Assembly: GCA_951406725.2 (NCBI GenBank)
Contig: OX597831.1
Coordinates: forward strand, 70,990,001-71,054,000
Length of the DNA: 64,000 nucleotides
Source of the DNA: Octopus vulgaris
Taxonomy: Eukaryota
Direction: 5' to 3'
Positions 27,228 to 40,478 of the stretch are shown here, in pieces (within the stretch, counting starts at the first letter, position 1; the number at the start of each line of letters is the position of its first letter). The notes beneath the pieces are model-generated. The model made no database searches. It saw nothing but the letters and a program-made list of their open reading frames with translations, and was not told the origin of the DNA. The position numbers and the translations under genes were made by a program.

Positions 27228-27649
27228 TGTATGTAAAAGATTATAATGGCCATATTTTTTGACTGATTTTCTCCAAACTGGGAATATACATTACTTATGT
27301 TCCAGGGATGGTTTTAGACTCTTAAAAGTTTTCAGATAATGAGTAACAGGACCCGTTGTTACATGCAGAAGAGAAGTAACTTTGGGAAATTGATTGTCTC
27401 TCTTACATCCGTTGGTTCCAAAAATATTAAGAATATTGCTTTTTATATTATATTCATGCCTTTGAAAGTTTAAAAAATATTTACTTCTGGTTTCCTAGCA
27501 TATTTCTCTATCTATATCTCTCTATCCATCTCTCTCTATCTTTCTTTCTATATCTGTCTATCCATCTCTATCTCTATATCTATCTATTTGTCTCTATCTA
27601 TCTGACTATATCTTATCTATCTATATCTATCTTATTTGTTTAACTAGCT

Positions 27650-27744
<95 letters not shown>

Positions 27745-28891
27745 ATATCACTCTCTATTGTTTTCACTTTCATTTTTCAGATGCTATTGTTATCACTTTA
27801 AGTTCAATCCCTATTGTTTTCGCTGTAAGTTTTCAATCGCTATTTACAAACAACAACGACAAATTATTGACAGAAGGAAGTTCACGGTTACCGATGAAAG
27901 TAATTTCATACATAATTTACTGACAGAAGTAACTTCATAAGTTTCACTTCATTAAATTTGCCTATAAATCTTTTATTTGATTTTGCAACTTTTTGTATTC
28001 TTTGTTGTTGACAGAATTACTGATAAAAGTAAGCTCATAATTTACTGACAGAAGTAACTACAAAAATTTCACTTAAATCCATGCCCTTAGTTAATTTCCC
28101 TAAATATTTCTTATTTACTTTTGCAACGGTTTTGTGTTTTTCTGTTGTTAATACTTTTTTCTGGTTCACTAAGTGACAAATTTCACTCACTTCAACTCAT
28201 ACAATTCTTTATTTTCTGTAAAAATGTCTTATTTACTTCCTGCCCGTCGTATTAAGAAACATAATTTCTATTATCCAGTTTTTGTCATTGTTTACTATCT
28301 TCTGCACCCATGTATTTTTGTATACGTGTATAACCATGCCTAGAAGGAAAGTGTCAAATTTGTCTACAACGTCAAGGTCAGCCAAAAGAATGTCGCTGTC
28401 CAGAGAAAGAGAGACGAACAGACTGTGCACTACAAAAGCCAGAGCATCTCAAAGTGATGAACAGAGGTATGCATGGCTGACAAGGAATAGGATCTCCACG
28501 GCAGAACAAAGAGCAGTTGCAACAGCTCAGAGAAGCAACTTCTATGAAGCAGCTTTTAATTACGATCTAGCAGTTCCTTACGCAGAGTTTCCATTGGTGC
28601 AATGACAACTGAGTGCATGCATTAGCAAAGAAGTGGCCTGGAGAGACACTTGCACTGTGCTGCAGTAGTGGAAAGGTTAAACTCCCTGCAATCCACCAGC
28701 CTCCAGAACCATTGAAGAAACCATTGTCATCAACTGACCAAGATTCCAAGCACTTCCACAAGTGGATTGGAGAGTTATAAATGTAGAAATTTGGTATCTC
28801 AGCTACTAGCTGTTAAAGCCTGTGTAATCTAGATGCAGTTTTAAATTACATTATTCTCTTTAACCCAGCCAATGTTGGGTATTTCTGCTAG
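27148..28891 (+). mobile_element. Internally deleted Helitron, family H3
   Basis: 3' hairpin cccagc-caat-gttggg plus CTAG|T at 28888-28892; contains a RepHel N-terminal remnant; 5' end buried in (TA)n and approximate. Confidence 0.75.
28336..28780 (+). pseudogene. Helitron Rep/helicase N-terminal fragment
   Basis: MPRRK...AAFNYD, then IGAMTTECMH and KKWPGETLALCCSSGKVKLPAIHQPPEPL..DSKHF across frameshifts; CCxxGKVxLP-PPEPL is the Helitron N-terminal zinc-binding motif. Confidence 0.85.
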
Positions 28892-28964
28892 TACATATAT
28901 ATATATATATAGAGAGAGATAGATATACATATAAATACATATATATATATATGTAGATATATAG

Positions 28965-29024
<60 letters not shown>

Positions 29025-29071
29025 GTATATATATAAATATATATACATATATATATATAAATACATATATA

Positions 29072-29330
29072 TCTTCCAGGATGAGGCTCGTCTTCTAGGC
29101 TGTAGTTTCTAGCTCAGAATCTCTGGAACCACTGTTGATACTGACTTACGCATATTGTCCAATCCCCATTTACTGCATTAATATTCCTCGCATTTTCTCT
29201 TGCATTGTTGCTTTTATTGAACTCATAAAGCAAAAATATGCTGAATATTCTCCTTTGTTACTTCCATTATAACTTTGAAAAGATGACTGCTAAAATCAAA
29301 CTGTACTCTTCAAAGGGTGCACTAAGAGTA
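29072..29330 (-). pseudogene. mariner transposase N-terminal HTH remnant
   Basis: MEVTKENIQHI / [44 protein letters not shown]. Confidence 0.8.
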
Positions 29331-29453
29331 AGGACAAGGTAAAATTACTATCTGCTTTTATAGCAAGTTGATGCAGGTATTTTATTGCATTCTCCCCCGA
29401 CTTTTAGTTCATGCAATTGAAAAAAACCACATTATTTATGGGATGACCCTATG

Positions 29454-29492
<39 letters not shown>

Positions 29493-29533
29493 ATGTATAT
29501 ATGTATGCATGTATGTGTATATATATGTATGTA

Positions 29534-29659
<126 letters not shown>

Positions 29660-29667
29660 CACTTACA

Positions 29668-29708
<41 letters not shown>

Positions 29709-29883
29709 GGTGCATTAAATTATTTCTTTAAATAGATGGCCAGGGATAAAAGATAAGAGGAAGACAGAGAGAAATAAATAAGAAGGAGAAGGAGGACTGG
29801 CTAGATAAAGAGTTATCAGCATAGTTTAGTCAAGAACTAAAGTTCTTGTGCCAAAAGAGAAATTACTGCTAACCCAATGACAA

Positions 29884-30340
29884 TCAAACCAGAACATTTA
29901 TAACATACATGCATTTATACACACGCACATACATGTATGGACAAACTGCACACACAAAAAAATATCTACATACACGCTCAAACAAATGTACAAGTATATA
30001 AATAATACATATGCATATATACATACATATATGTACGTACCTACCTCTACATGTATATATACACGCATATATGGGTACAGGACACAATGAGAAACGAAAA
30101 CATAAACACAAAACCAAGGAACTGGACATTTTTCTTAAACGACAAAAAAGTAGAGTACAGGACTAATAACACAAGGAAAATTCCCCTTCTTCAGTCACCA
30201 TGGTTTCATCTACTCTGCATTTCGAAGGTGAAGGCAATACACATCTTCGATAGAAACTTTCTTTCCTGCAATTTATTAATTTATTATATGACGGAATGCA
30301 AGCATCCATTTCTAAGTAAGATTGTTCTTGATACAAGTAT
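29884..30340 (-). mobile_element. Interspersed repeat, probable Penelope-derived terminal region, copy 1
   Basis: ~260 bp shared with 37461-37915; inserted in (TA)-rich DNA. Confidence 0.6.
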
Positions 30341-30389
30341 ATATATATAAACAAGTATGTATGTAACTATACAAACATACATATTTATA

Positions 30390-31148
30390 TAGTGCTGGAA
30401 GCTTAGTTACTAGAATAAGAACAGGCTGGGTAAAGTCCAGAGGGCTTCTTTCTACCTTCGTTAGTAACTAAGGGGCTTTCCTTCAAGATGAAAGGCAGAT
30501 TGTATGATGCTTGTGTACATGCAGCTATGCCATATGGCAGTGAAACATGGGCCTTGGCTACAAAGGACTTGTGAAGGCTTGAAAGAAATGAAGCTAGCTT
30601 GCTCCACTGGATGGGTAATGTTAGTGTGCATACACACAGCAGAGTCTGAGTGATTTAAGAGGAAAATTTGGTATAAGAGGCATCAGATGCTGTGTGCAAG
30701 AGAGAAGATTGCACTGGTTTGGTCTGAGTTCTAATTGTGGTAGGAACCTGTGGAAGCAGTAGACCTAGGAAGATGTGAGCCAAAGTGGTTGGAAAAGATC
30801 TTCAGATTCAGGCACTCACTGAGGAAATGAGAAAAGACTGGGAGCTGTGATGGTTTGCTGTACTTGAGAAGATGTGTCAAGCCAAGTAAAATCGCTGTCA
30901 TCCATACATAGAGGCTTGTCCCTTGCAGGTCTGGTGCCTTGTAAAGTGGACACACGCACCTGTGTCAGTGGCATGTAAAAAGCAACCACCAGCACACTCT
31001 GTAAAGGGAAGGACATTATGAAGAGCATCTAGCTGTAGAAATCACACAACAGATGATATGAAATTTGGACCGCTCCCTGGCTGGCCAATTCCTGTCAAAC
31101 CATCCAACCCATGCTAGCATGGAAAAAAGACATTAAACGATGATGATG
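30390..31148 (+). mobile_element. 5'-truncated RTE-clade LINE
   Basis: RIRTGWVK, KGRLYDACVHAAMPYGSETWAL, RLERNEASLLHWM, VQERRLHWFG; 3' UTR and (GAT)n tail. Confidence 0.85.
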
Positions 31149-31562
31149 GAGTGGCTGTGTAGTAAGTAGCTTGCTTACCAACTACATAGTTCCGGGTTCA
31201 GTCCCACTGCGTGGCACCTTGGGTAAGTGTCTTCTACTATAGCCTCGGGACGACCAAAGCCTTGAGAGTGGATTTGGTAGACAGAAACTGAAAGAAGCCC
31301 GTCGTATATATGTATATATATATATGTGTATGTATATGTGTGTGTGTATGTTTGTGTGTCTGTGTTTGTCCGACCAGCATCGCTTAACAACCGATGCTGG
31401 TGTGTTTACATCCCCGTAACTTAGCGGTTCAGTAAAAGTGACCAATAGAATAAGTACTAGGCTTACAAACAATAAGTCCCGGGGTCGATTTGATCAACTA
31501 AAGGTAGTGCTCCAGCATGGCCACAGTCAAATGACTGAAACAAGTAAAAGAGTAAAAGAGTA
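31149..31562 (+). mobile_element. SINE family A, slightly 5'-truncated
   Basis: Colinear with consensus; directly abuts the LINE tail. Confidence 0.9.
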
Positions 31563-31754
31563 TATATATATATACACATACATATATATGTTTTGTATGT
31601 ATATATGCACACACAAACACAGGTCATTGAGTTGCTATATCAGTGTTTTTCATTATACTGATCTTTTTTGTTGGCTGAACAATTGCACTCTGTGGCAGAG
31701 AGTCATCAGCTTATATATATAAAGTGTTGTGTGTGTCTCTGTATGTGCATACAC

Positions 31755-32145
31755 ATGTATGTATGTATGTATATATGTATGTATGTGTGTATGTATGTAT
31801 GTATGTATGTATGTGTGTATGTATGTATGTATGTATGTATGTATGTATGTATGTATGTGTGTATGTGTGTATGTATGTATGTATGTATGTATGTGTGCAT
31901 GTGTGTATGTATGTATGTATGTATGTATGTATGTATGTGTGTATGTATGTATGTATGCATGTATGTATGTATGTATGTCAGTGTGTGTGTGTATGTATGT
32001 ATGTATGTATGTATTATGTATGTATGTATGTGTATGTATGTATGTATGCATGTATGTATGTATGTATGTGTGTATGTATGTATGTATGGATGGATGGATG
32101 TATGTATGTATGGATGGATGGATGGATGGATTAATGGATGGATGG
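31755..32145. repeat. (TATG)n / (GGAT)n microsatellite
   Basis: Direct inspection. Confidence 0.95.
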
Positions 32146-32625
32146 ATATAATATAATATAAGGAATATGTAGAGTTTGAACACAGAAAAAAAATTCAATT
32201 TATTATATAATGGTCAATTTCATCTTGCCTACGTACGTTTCAATTTCTTTTCTTCATTCATATTTTGCAATTAAGATTGCATTATGCATTTAAAGGTAAA
32301 AATCTCTTCAGGGCAAAATATGATACCCTAATACTAACACAAATTAATGAAATCCAAAGTATATTAATGGATATGGAGTTAAACTGGTGTTCTCTTGGAT
32401 CAAATACATCCCTGTGGAAGAGTAATCACTTTACATTCAAAACTTCATATATATATATGAAAAAAAAAAAATATATATATATATATATATACATATATAT
32501 ATAGAGAGAGAGAGAATGAGAGAGAGTGATACATACAGCCATACACACACAATATTTTATACATATAATAAGCTGTTGACTTTTTGTCACAATGTGCAAT
32601 TGTATACACACACATGCAAATAGAT

Positions 32626-32678
<53 letters not shown>

Positions 32679-33097
32679 CAGTATATCATACTTATATATC
32701 ACTGAGTTATGATTTTTTTTTTCTTCTCTCCTTGTCTACATTTTAATAAGCTTGAGGCAACAGAACAACATAGCAGCACAGAATTAAAAGGAAGAGGAGA
32801 AAATATAAGATTAGAGCGAAAATATCTGCATTGAAAAAAAGAAATGTTACTCCTATATTATATGAGAACTAAAATAGAATTCAACACATAATTTAATTTT
32901 GCATCATATAATTCGTTTTTCAAATTAACCGTGACATCAATTGCAAAGGTAGCATTTTGTGAAAATCCATTCTTTTCTGTGCTTTTTTACTCTAGTTTTA
33001 TATATATTTGTTGATTCATGTTGCTTTTGTATGTTATTTAGTGATTTATTGTACAAATGTGTATGTGTGTGTTTGAGTGAACTTTTGTGTAAGTATA

Positions 33098-33496
33098 TAC
33101 TCTTTTACTCTCTTTTACTTGTTTCAGTCATTTGACTGCAGCCATGCTGGAGCACCGCCTTTAGTCGAGCAAATCGACCCCGGGACTTATTCTTTGTAAG
33201 CCCAGTGCTTATTCTATCGGTCTCTTTTGCCGTACCGCTAAGTGACGATGACGTAAACACACCAGCATCGGTTGTCAAGCAATGCTAGGGGGACAAACAC
33301 AAACACACAAACACACATACATATATATATATACATATATACGATGGGCGTCTTTTAGTTTCCGTTTACCAAATCCACTCACAAGGTATTGGTCGGCCCA
33401 GGGCTATAGCAGAAGACACTTGCCCAAGATGCCATGCAGTGGGACTGAACCCGGAACCATGTGGCTGGTTAGCAAGCTACTTACCACACAGCCACT
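33098..33496 (-). mobile_element. SINE family A
   Basis: Near full-length young copy. Confidence 0.9.
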
Positions 33497-34218
33497 TTGT
33501 GAATGTATGTACGATATGATTAGTGTTGTGAAACGATAGATACTACTCAGTTTTATTTAGGCACCCTCTTTTGTTCAATTACTCTTTTTCTTCTGCTTTT
33601 CTCACCTCTCTTGCTTTCTATAACTTTTGTCTGTTTTCTCTCTTTGTTTTTTTTTTTCTGTCCTTATCTCTATGCTTCTCTCACTTTTGGAGGTTAGGAT
33701 ACTAAATGGAATGACATTGTAACAATCTCCTTGCTTTGGGGCGATATTAAAGTTGCCTTCCATTAGTTAAAACCCTGGAAAGAATTTCTTGTGGAATTAA
33801 TTTTGAGCAACAGTACCAGCAGCCATCATGTTTCTATTTTAGTTAATTCATTGTAAATCCATTAGAGTATTGAATCCAGACTAGATTTGAGTTTTGTTCC
33901 CTTGGCATTTACTGACTTCTTTCTGCCATGATGTAGTATGAAAGTGAAACATTCTAAATAAAATGCATCTTTGATTGTTGAGAATCAATAATGGATAGAT
34001 AATTCGTTTTTTTTTTCTTTTTGTATCAGTAACATCCATCTGTACTTGATACTCCTGTTTTTTGGGCCCTGGTTTGTCATTGATCCAGTAGACCTACATC
34101 ATATGTGTAGCCGATCAGATGAGTAGCAGAAATCTATAGAACCAGTGTTCCAGATAAATCAAACCACACTCAATTTGAGGCCACTCTATGCACTCAGGCA
34201 TCCAGTGGCTCATCATAC

Positions 34219-34431
34219 TGGTTTCAAATTTTGTCAAAAGGCTAGCAATTCAAAGGAGACGAATAGTCTATGTACATTGGCCCCAGTTTTCAACAGTTAC
34301 TTATTTTATCAACTCCTAGAGAATGAAAGATAAAGCTGGCCTGAGCAAAATTTGAACTCAAAATGTAAAGACAGACGAAATACCACTAAGCATTTTGCCC
34401 ACCATGCTAATGACTCTGCCAGCTCACCACC
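34219..34431 (-). mobile_element. SINE family B (tRNA-derived)
   Basis: Reverse match to 63885-64000 (ggtgagctggcaga ... gagttcaaatt ... gctttatctttcattct). Confidence 0.7.
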
Positions 34432-34544
34432 ATAATTATTCCTCATATTGACTACAGTAACACAGTCCAGTATGATACATTTCTTTTATTAATCAGTTCT
34501 TTTTGTACCCCTACTGTTCATATTTAGCCCAATGTAGGGTAGAG

Positions 34545-34745
34545 GATTGGCAAAATCAGTAGAGCATCAAGCAAAATGCTTTGTAGTGTTTCTTCCAGCT
34601 CTTTGGATTTCGAGTTCAAGTCTCACTGTGGTTCACTCTGCTTTTCATTCTTCTGAGTCAATTAAGTGTCATCAATCAGAGTCAATTTCTTTGATTAATC
34701 CTTTCCTCCTTCCAAATTTGTGGTTTTGTGCCTATGTTAGAAATC
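34545..34745 (+). mobile_element. SINE family B, diverged
   Basis: tggcaaaatcagtag ... gagttcaagt ... gcttttcattctt. Confidence 0.55.
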
Positions 34746-34861
34746 ATAATTCTGTACCATGTAATTTTTCCTCAAGTAGGACTATAACCAAAGTATATGG
34801 ATATGCCAGTTTGAGGGGTTTCTTTTTTTGTTTGTTTTTTAAGCATAGTATACCATTGACG

Positions 34862-35031
34862 TAGGAGCAGCCATGTGATAATAAGATTGCTTCCCAATCA
34901 CATGGTTCTGGGTTCAGTCCCACTTCATAGCACCTTTGGCAGGTGTCTCTTTTTAGGCATAGTATACCATAGGCACAGGAGTGGCTGTGCATTAAGAAGA
35001 TTGCTTCCCAACCACATGGTTTCAGGTTCAA
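34862..35031 (+). mobile_element. Two tandem SINE family A head fragments
   Basis: Both carry gattgcttccca..cacatggtt..ggttca and are preceded by gcatagtataccat. Confidence 0.65.
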
Positions 35032-35570
35032 GTCTATTTTAATATTAACTTTGGTATCTTGTTTTAGTCTATTCTGAGTACTTGGTTTTAGCAGTCTGAA
35101 TAATCAGTGCTTTAGATCAAGAACCACACTATTGCAACCAGTTTTGCAGTATAGATCCTTTGTTGATGCAACAGATTTTTCTGAGACACTCTTTGTGAAA
35201 AGCTTTGATCGTATTTATGTCTCCTTGTCACCACTCCACATTGCCTGCATTCTGAACCAAAAGGTTTATTGTTGCAGCTCATATATTTTTTTCAAGTATG
35301 TTTTTGAAAGTGTCTGGACAGAGGGGAAAATAGTGTTATTGTAATGTTCTACAGCAATATTAACTGAAAGGACGACAACAAACACAAACAACAATGATTA
35401 CAATGATGGCAGTGATACAGGAGGAGGAGGCGGCGGCGGTGGTGGTGGTGATGGTGTGGTGGTGGTGGTGGTGGCATTGGTGGCGGTGGTAATGGTGGTG
35501 GTGGTGGTGGTACACTCCTTTGTTCGTTCATTTGATGCCTTGCTAGCATGAGTTACACAAATATGTAAAA

Positions 35571-35867
35571 GCACATGGCTTAATGCTTAAGGTTTTCGAC
35601 CTCTCGATTGCAAGGCTGTGAGTTCAATTCCCAGCAGTGCATTGTGTCCTTGAGCAAGACACTTTATTTCACATTCCCCCAGTTCCACTCAGCTGGCAAA
35701 AATGGCTTGTACCTGTAATTCAAACGACTGGTCTTGTTACACTCAGTGTCGCATTGAATCACCCTGAGAACTACATTAAGGGTATGCCTGTCTGTGGAGT
35801 ACTCAGCCACTTGCACATTAATTTCATGAGCAAGCTGTTCTGTTGAGGAGACCAACTGGAACTCTTG
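35571..35867 (+). mobile_element. SINE family C (tRNA head plus tgtgtccttgagcaagacactt central domain)
   Basis: A-box-like tggcttaatgct, B-box-like gagttcaattcc, V/CORE-type central motif; diverged relative near 39570-39680. Confidence 0.65.
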
Positions 35868-36010
35868 TCATCAACATCATTGTTCGACCGTGGTCGAGAC
35901 AATTGAATTTACCATGCTACGCCAGACTTCACGGTCCATCATGGCATTACGGAGGTCCTGTTGCTGGATGCCTGTATCCCTGGAGATTACATCTTGTAGC
36001 TGTAAGTGAC
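35868..36010 (-). pseudogene. RTE-clade LINE extreme C-terminus and tail
   Basis: DVISRDTGIQQQDLRNAMMDREVWRSMVNSIVSTTVEQ* followed by tgatgttgatga. Confidence 0.7.
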
Positions 36011-36472
36011 TAAGTGCCAGTTATTAAGGAACTTTTATTTGAATCTGGATGCTCATCTTGATGCTAGCCAATACCTATTTTGCAAGTAACTGATTCCTTA
36101 TTCCATACAGCTTCGAAGGCTCAAAGTAAGCTGATGATTTATTGACAAGACAAATGCCATCAGGAACATGGCACGAGAGTCATGACATTCAAATAAACAC
36201 AAACACACAGATAAAAAACACAAACACACAGATAAAAAACAAACACACAGATATACACACTCGTGCATGTAATTTACATTGACATGTATTCATTTGATGG
36301 CCTTCATTTTCAGTTTATGTCTATTGTATTCCTTTAAAAGTTTTTGGTCAGCCCAAGGCTATAACAGGTGACACTCACCCAAAATGCAACACCGTGAGAT
36401 TGAATCTAAAACTCCATTGTCGAGAAGGAAACTTCTTAACTGTACATCCATACATATGTGTGTGTGTGTATA

Positions 36473-36521
<49 letters not shown>

Positions 36522-36689
36522 ATATATATATGTATATGTATATATATATGTTTGTGTATGTATATATATATATATATGTATGTATGTATGTATATATATG
36601 TATATATGTATATGTAATATATATGTATATGTATGTATATATATATATGTATATACATGTGTGCATACATGCATGTATGTATGCATGTA

Positions 36690-36727
<38 letters not shown>

Positions 36728-36771
36728 GATACAAAGCCAATATTCGAAATTAGCGTTATATTTTTATATAC

Positions 36772-36987
36772 CGGTTTCAAATTTTGGCACAAGACATCAG
36801 CAATCTCAGGGGAAGCGCAAAATCAATCACATCGACCCCACTGTTCACCTGGTTCTTATTTTATTGAACCCGAAAGGATGAAAGGCAAAGTTGACCACAG
36901 TAGAATTTGAACTCAGAATGTAAGGATGGATGAAATACTGCCAAGCATTTTACCCACGGTGCTAACTATTCTGCCAGTTTGCCACCT
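36772..36987 (-). mobile_element. SINE family B
   Basis: Reverse match to 63885-64000 including gcctttcatcctttcgggttcaataaaataagaaccagg. Confidence 0.8.
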
Positions 36988-37460
36988 TATATATTTTCAT
37001 ATATTAAACAGCAATTAATGTTATATGCTGCAAACTCAATGGACAGGTGAATAATAACATTGATATAGTGCAGCTACAACAGCTTCTCTTAAGGAACGCT
37101 GCGTGGTAGTAACGAGCTTACCGGTAGTTAGGCAGGTTTGATAAATTAATTTATTAGATTATTCCTGTTGTCTTTTATTCTTCATTTCTGTGTCTATTTT
37201 TCCTTCAGTTTTGTTTTATTAGAAAATATATTAAAACAAAAGAAACCGAATCAATATTAATGTTAATATTTTCCTGCTTCAATAAATTCATAGAGTAACA
37301 ATTTTAATGCCTTCTCTGCTATTTCAAGCAAACTAGTCTTATTAGAATTCAGGATATTGTTCTTGCTTTCTCTTGTACATGTATCATTTATATCCTTGTG
37401 TGCAAGTACTTGCATCTGTGTATGCATGAGTGGATGTATGCATGTATATATATATATAAA

Positions 37461-37915
37461 TTAATAAATAAAACATATGCATATATACATACATATATAT
37501 ACGTACCTACCTCTACATGTATATATACATGCATATATGGGTACAGGACACAAAAAAAACGTCGAACACAATGAGAAACGAAAACATAGACACAAACCCA
37601 AGGAACTGGACATTATTCTTAAATAACGAAAAAAATAGAGTACAGGACAAATAACACAAGGAAAATTCCCCTTCTTCAGTCGCCATGGTTTCATCTACTC
37701 TGCGGCGTTTCGAAGGTGAAGGCGATACACATCTTTGATAGAAACTTTCCTTCCCGCGAAAAGCAAATTAAATAAAATTTGAGATCTTTTTGCAGAGGGG
37801 TAAAAATGGTAACAAAAACAGGACAGTAACGACAGTACAAAATATAAAGAGTAAAAGACAGGACAAGGAGAACAACAAGACAAGAAGGGCTGTTAAGCCG
37901 AACGAGAAAAAGTAT
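37461..37915 (-). mobile_element. Interspersed repeat, probable Penelope-derived terminal region, copy 2
   Basis: Matches 30005-30270 and retains more CpGs. Confidence 0.6.
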
Positions 37916-38094
37916 TATATACATGTGTGCATGCATGTATGTATGTGTGTATGTATGTCATTAGGGAACGAACCCATTTCTAACCTAGATCCAAGGTTCC
38001 TTCATTGGAATCTCAACATCAACAATAGGGTATTTTTGTTTGTTTGTATGTATATACGTATGTATGTATGTGTGTATATATGTATGTATGTAAA

Positions 38095-38300
38095 GTTAAT
38101 CCAAACATGAAAACACAAAGAGAAAACACAACAACGCGAGGACGTGGAACAAATATAGTATTATTGGATGCTCAGGAAGGAAGGGAAGTTTAATGTTTTG
38201 AGCGGAGCTCTTCGTCAGAAACTTAGAAAAAGGAAAGATCCAGAGAAGGGAAGACGGAGGAAAAAAAAAATCGCCAACGGTACACACGCAGTCACATTGA
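38095..38300 (-). mobile_element. Short repeat with minimal hammerhead-like motif
   Basis: Minus strand aagttt-CTGACGA-agagctccgctc-aAAA-ca-tt-aaactt. Confidence 0.5.
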
Positions 38301-38686
38301 ATATAAGTATGTATTCATGTATGTAAGTTAGTTAAAAGCAAAGAAACCAAAACTATTATTAGTAATAATGTTTTTCTGTTTCAATAATGGACAAACCTAT
38401 TATATTTCCTATTCTACTATTCCGAGCAGAGATGAGTAAGATCACTAGGAACATCTCAAGACAAATTTCCTCAATACTTCATCTCCACTCAGTCAGGAGT
38501 CTTTCCTTACAAGCTGGTTGGTGACCTCTCTAGTGTAACTACCATGAAAACAGCATGCAGCAGACTCAGTAAAGTTGTTGGAATTAGGAAAGGCATCCAA
38601 CCATAGAAACGTTACCAAAACAGACATTGGAGCTCAATGCATTTCTCTGGCTCATGGAATACAGTCATTAAATGATGATAATGATC

Positions 38687-38726
<40 letters not shown>

Positions 38727-38929
38727 TATATGTGCGTGTGTGTATACATACATATATATATACATGCATATATATACACATGCATATATATATATATACA
38801 CGTATACATATACATACATACACACACATACACACACACACACATAGACATAGATTTATAAATGCAAATATATATATGTGTTATATATTTATGTATGTAT
38901 AATTACATATATATTTGTGTGTGTATATA

Positions 38930-38978
<49 letters not shown>

Positions 38979-39365
38979 GTGTATATATATATATATGTTT
39001 ATGAAAATTGCCTCATTTGCTGTGTCATTATGTAAGTTCTATCTCAAAGCTAAGATGAATATTATTCATTTTGTCTGTATCCCGCATTCTTTAGTTACGA
39101 TATTTAACAAAATGAAAACACTCATTGGTGGTGTCGTAATGAGAGACATAGCTTGGAGTCTTTTTAAATCGATGTTCTTAGATGGTAGATCGTAGGGCTA
39201 ATTGAGTTAGGTTATTGGCGATTAATGTTCAGTGTTTGGAAGTGTTGAATGATTATAGTTGTCACTATTGACATCAGCTTAGTGGGGGTGTCTGACGAAA
39301 ATAGAAAGAGGAACAGGAGTTGGAAATCAAAGGATGGTTTTTAATGATATGTGGATGGTGTTTGA

Positions 39366-39510
39366 AGGTGGCAAGTTGGCAGCCTCATTAAAGCATCTGA
39401 TAGAATGTTTTACCATATTTGTTACACTTCTCTGCACACTCTGAATTCAAATCTTGCTGTGTTCAACTTTGCTGTTCATCCTTTTGGGTTCCATAAATAA
39501 GTTCAATACT
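39366..39510 (+). mobile_element. SINE family B, diverged
   Basis: ggtggcaagttggcag ... ctgaattcaaat ... gttcaactttgctgttcatcctttt. Confidence 0.6.
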
Positions 39511-39813
39511 AGGTAGAAATTTGACAAAATTGTTAGTGCTTTTGGGTGAGGTGATGACACAAGGGCTACTGGTTGGGGTGTTAGGATGTTGATCATAAGA
39601 TTATGAGTTCAATTCCTTGACCAGGCAAGCAACAACTTTTGAGCAAAGTATTTCATTTCACTTTGTTCTGTTTACTCAGTGACTCTCAACCAGGATCCAT
39701 ATGGCCCTTGTGGGGTCCCTATGAGATTTTGTTGCTAAAATTTATGTGAATTAAATTGTTTATATTTCTACAAGGCTCAAAATATAAAATTTTTTTTTTA
39801 TATAATTCATAAT

Positions 39814-40215
39814 AGGCGCAGGAGTGGCTGTGTGGTAAGTAGCTTGCTTACCAACCACATGGTTTCGGGTTCAGTCCCACTGCATGGCACCTTGGGCAAG
39901 TGTCTTCTACTATAGCCTTGGGCCAACCAAAGCCTTGTGAGTGGATTTGGTAGACGGAAACTGAAAGAAGCCCGTCGTATATATATATATGTATGTGTGT
40001 GTTTGTGTGTCTGTGTTTGTCCCCCCAACATCGCTCGACAACCGATGCTGGTGTGTTCATATCCCCGTTACTTAGCGGTTCGGCAAAAGAGACCAATAGA
40101 ATAAGTACTGGGCTTACAAAGAATAAGTCCCAGGTCGAGTTGCTCGACTAAAGGCGGTGCTCCAGCATGGCCGCAGTCAACTGACTGAAACAAGTAAAAG
40201 ACTGAGAAAAGAGTA
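39814..40215 (+). mobile_element. SINE family A, full length
   Basis: Head through tail intact. Confidence 0.92.
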
Positions 40216-40265
40216 ATATTATTTAATTATAAATATCTAGTAGGATTATTCTTATAGCTATATCA

Positions 40266-40478
40266 ATTTCCAATTTTGGCACAAAGCCAGCAACTTCTAG
40301 GGAGGGCATAAGTCGATTATATTGACCCCAGTGTTCTACTGGTAGTTATTTTATTGACTCCAAAAAATACGAACAGCAAAGTCGATCTTGATGGAATTTG
40401 AACTCAGAACATAAGGACAGAGAAAGTGCTGCTAAGTATTTTGCCCAGCACATTAATGATTCTGCCAGCTTGCCACCT
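40266..40478 (-). mobile_element. SINE family B
   Basis: Colinear with 36772-36987. Confidence 0.75.

Noticed and set aside
29140-29335. Apparent minus-strand exon with AG and GTAAGT borders
   Set aside because: Translation continues past the donor as a mariner N-terminal HTH
35880-36006. CpG-rich plus-strand segment ending in gtaagt
   Set aside because: The minus strand is an RTE C-terminus with its tail
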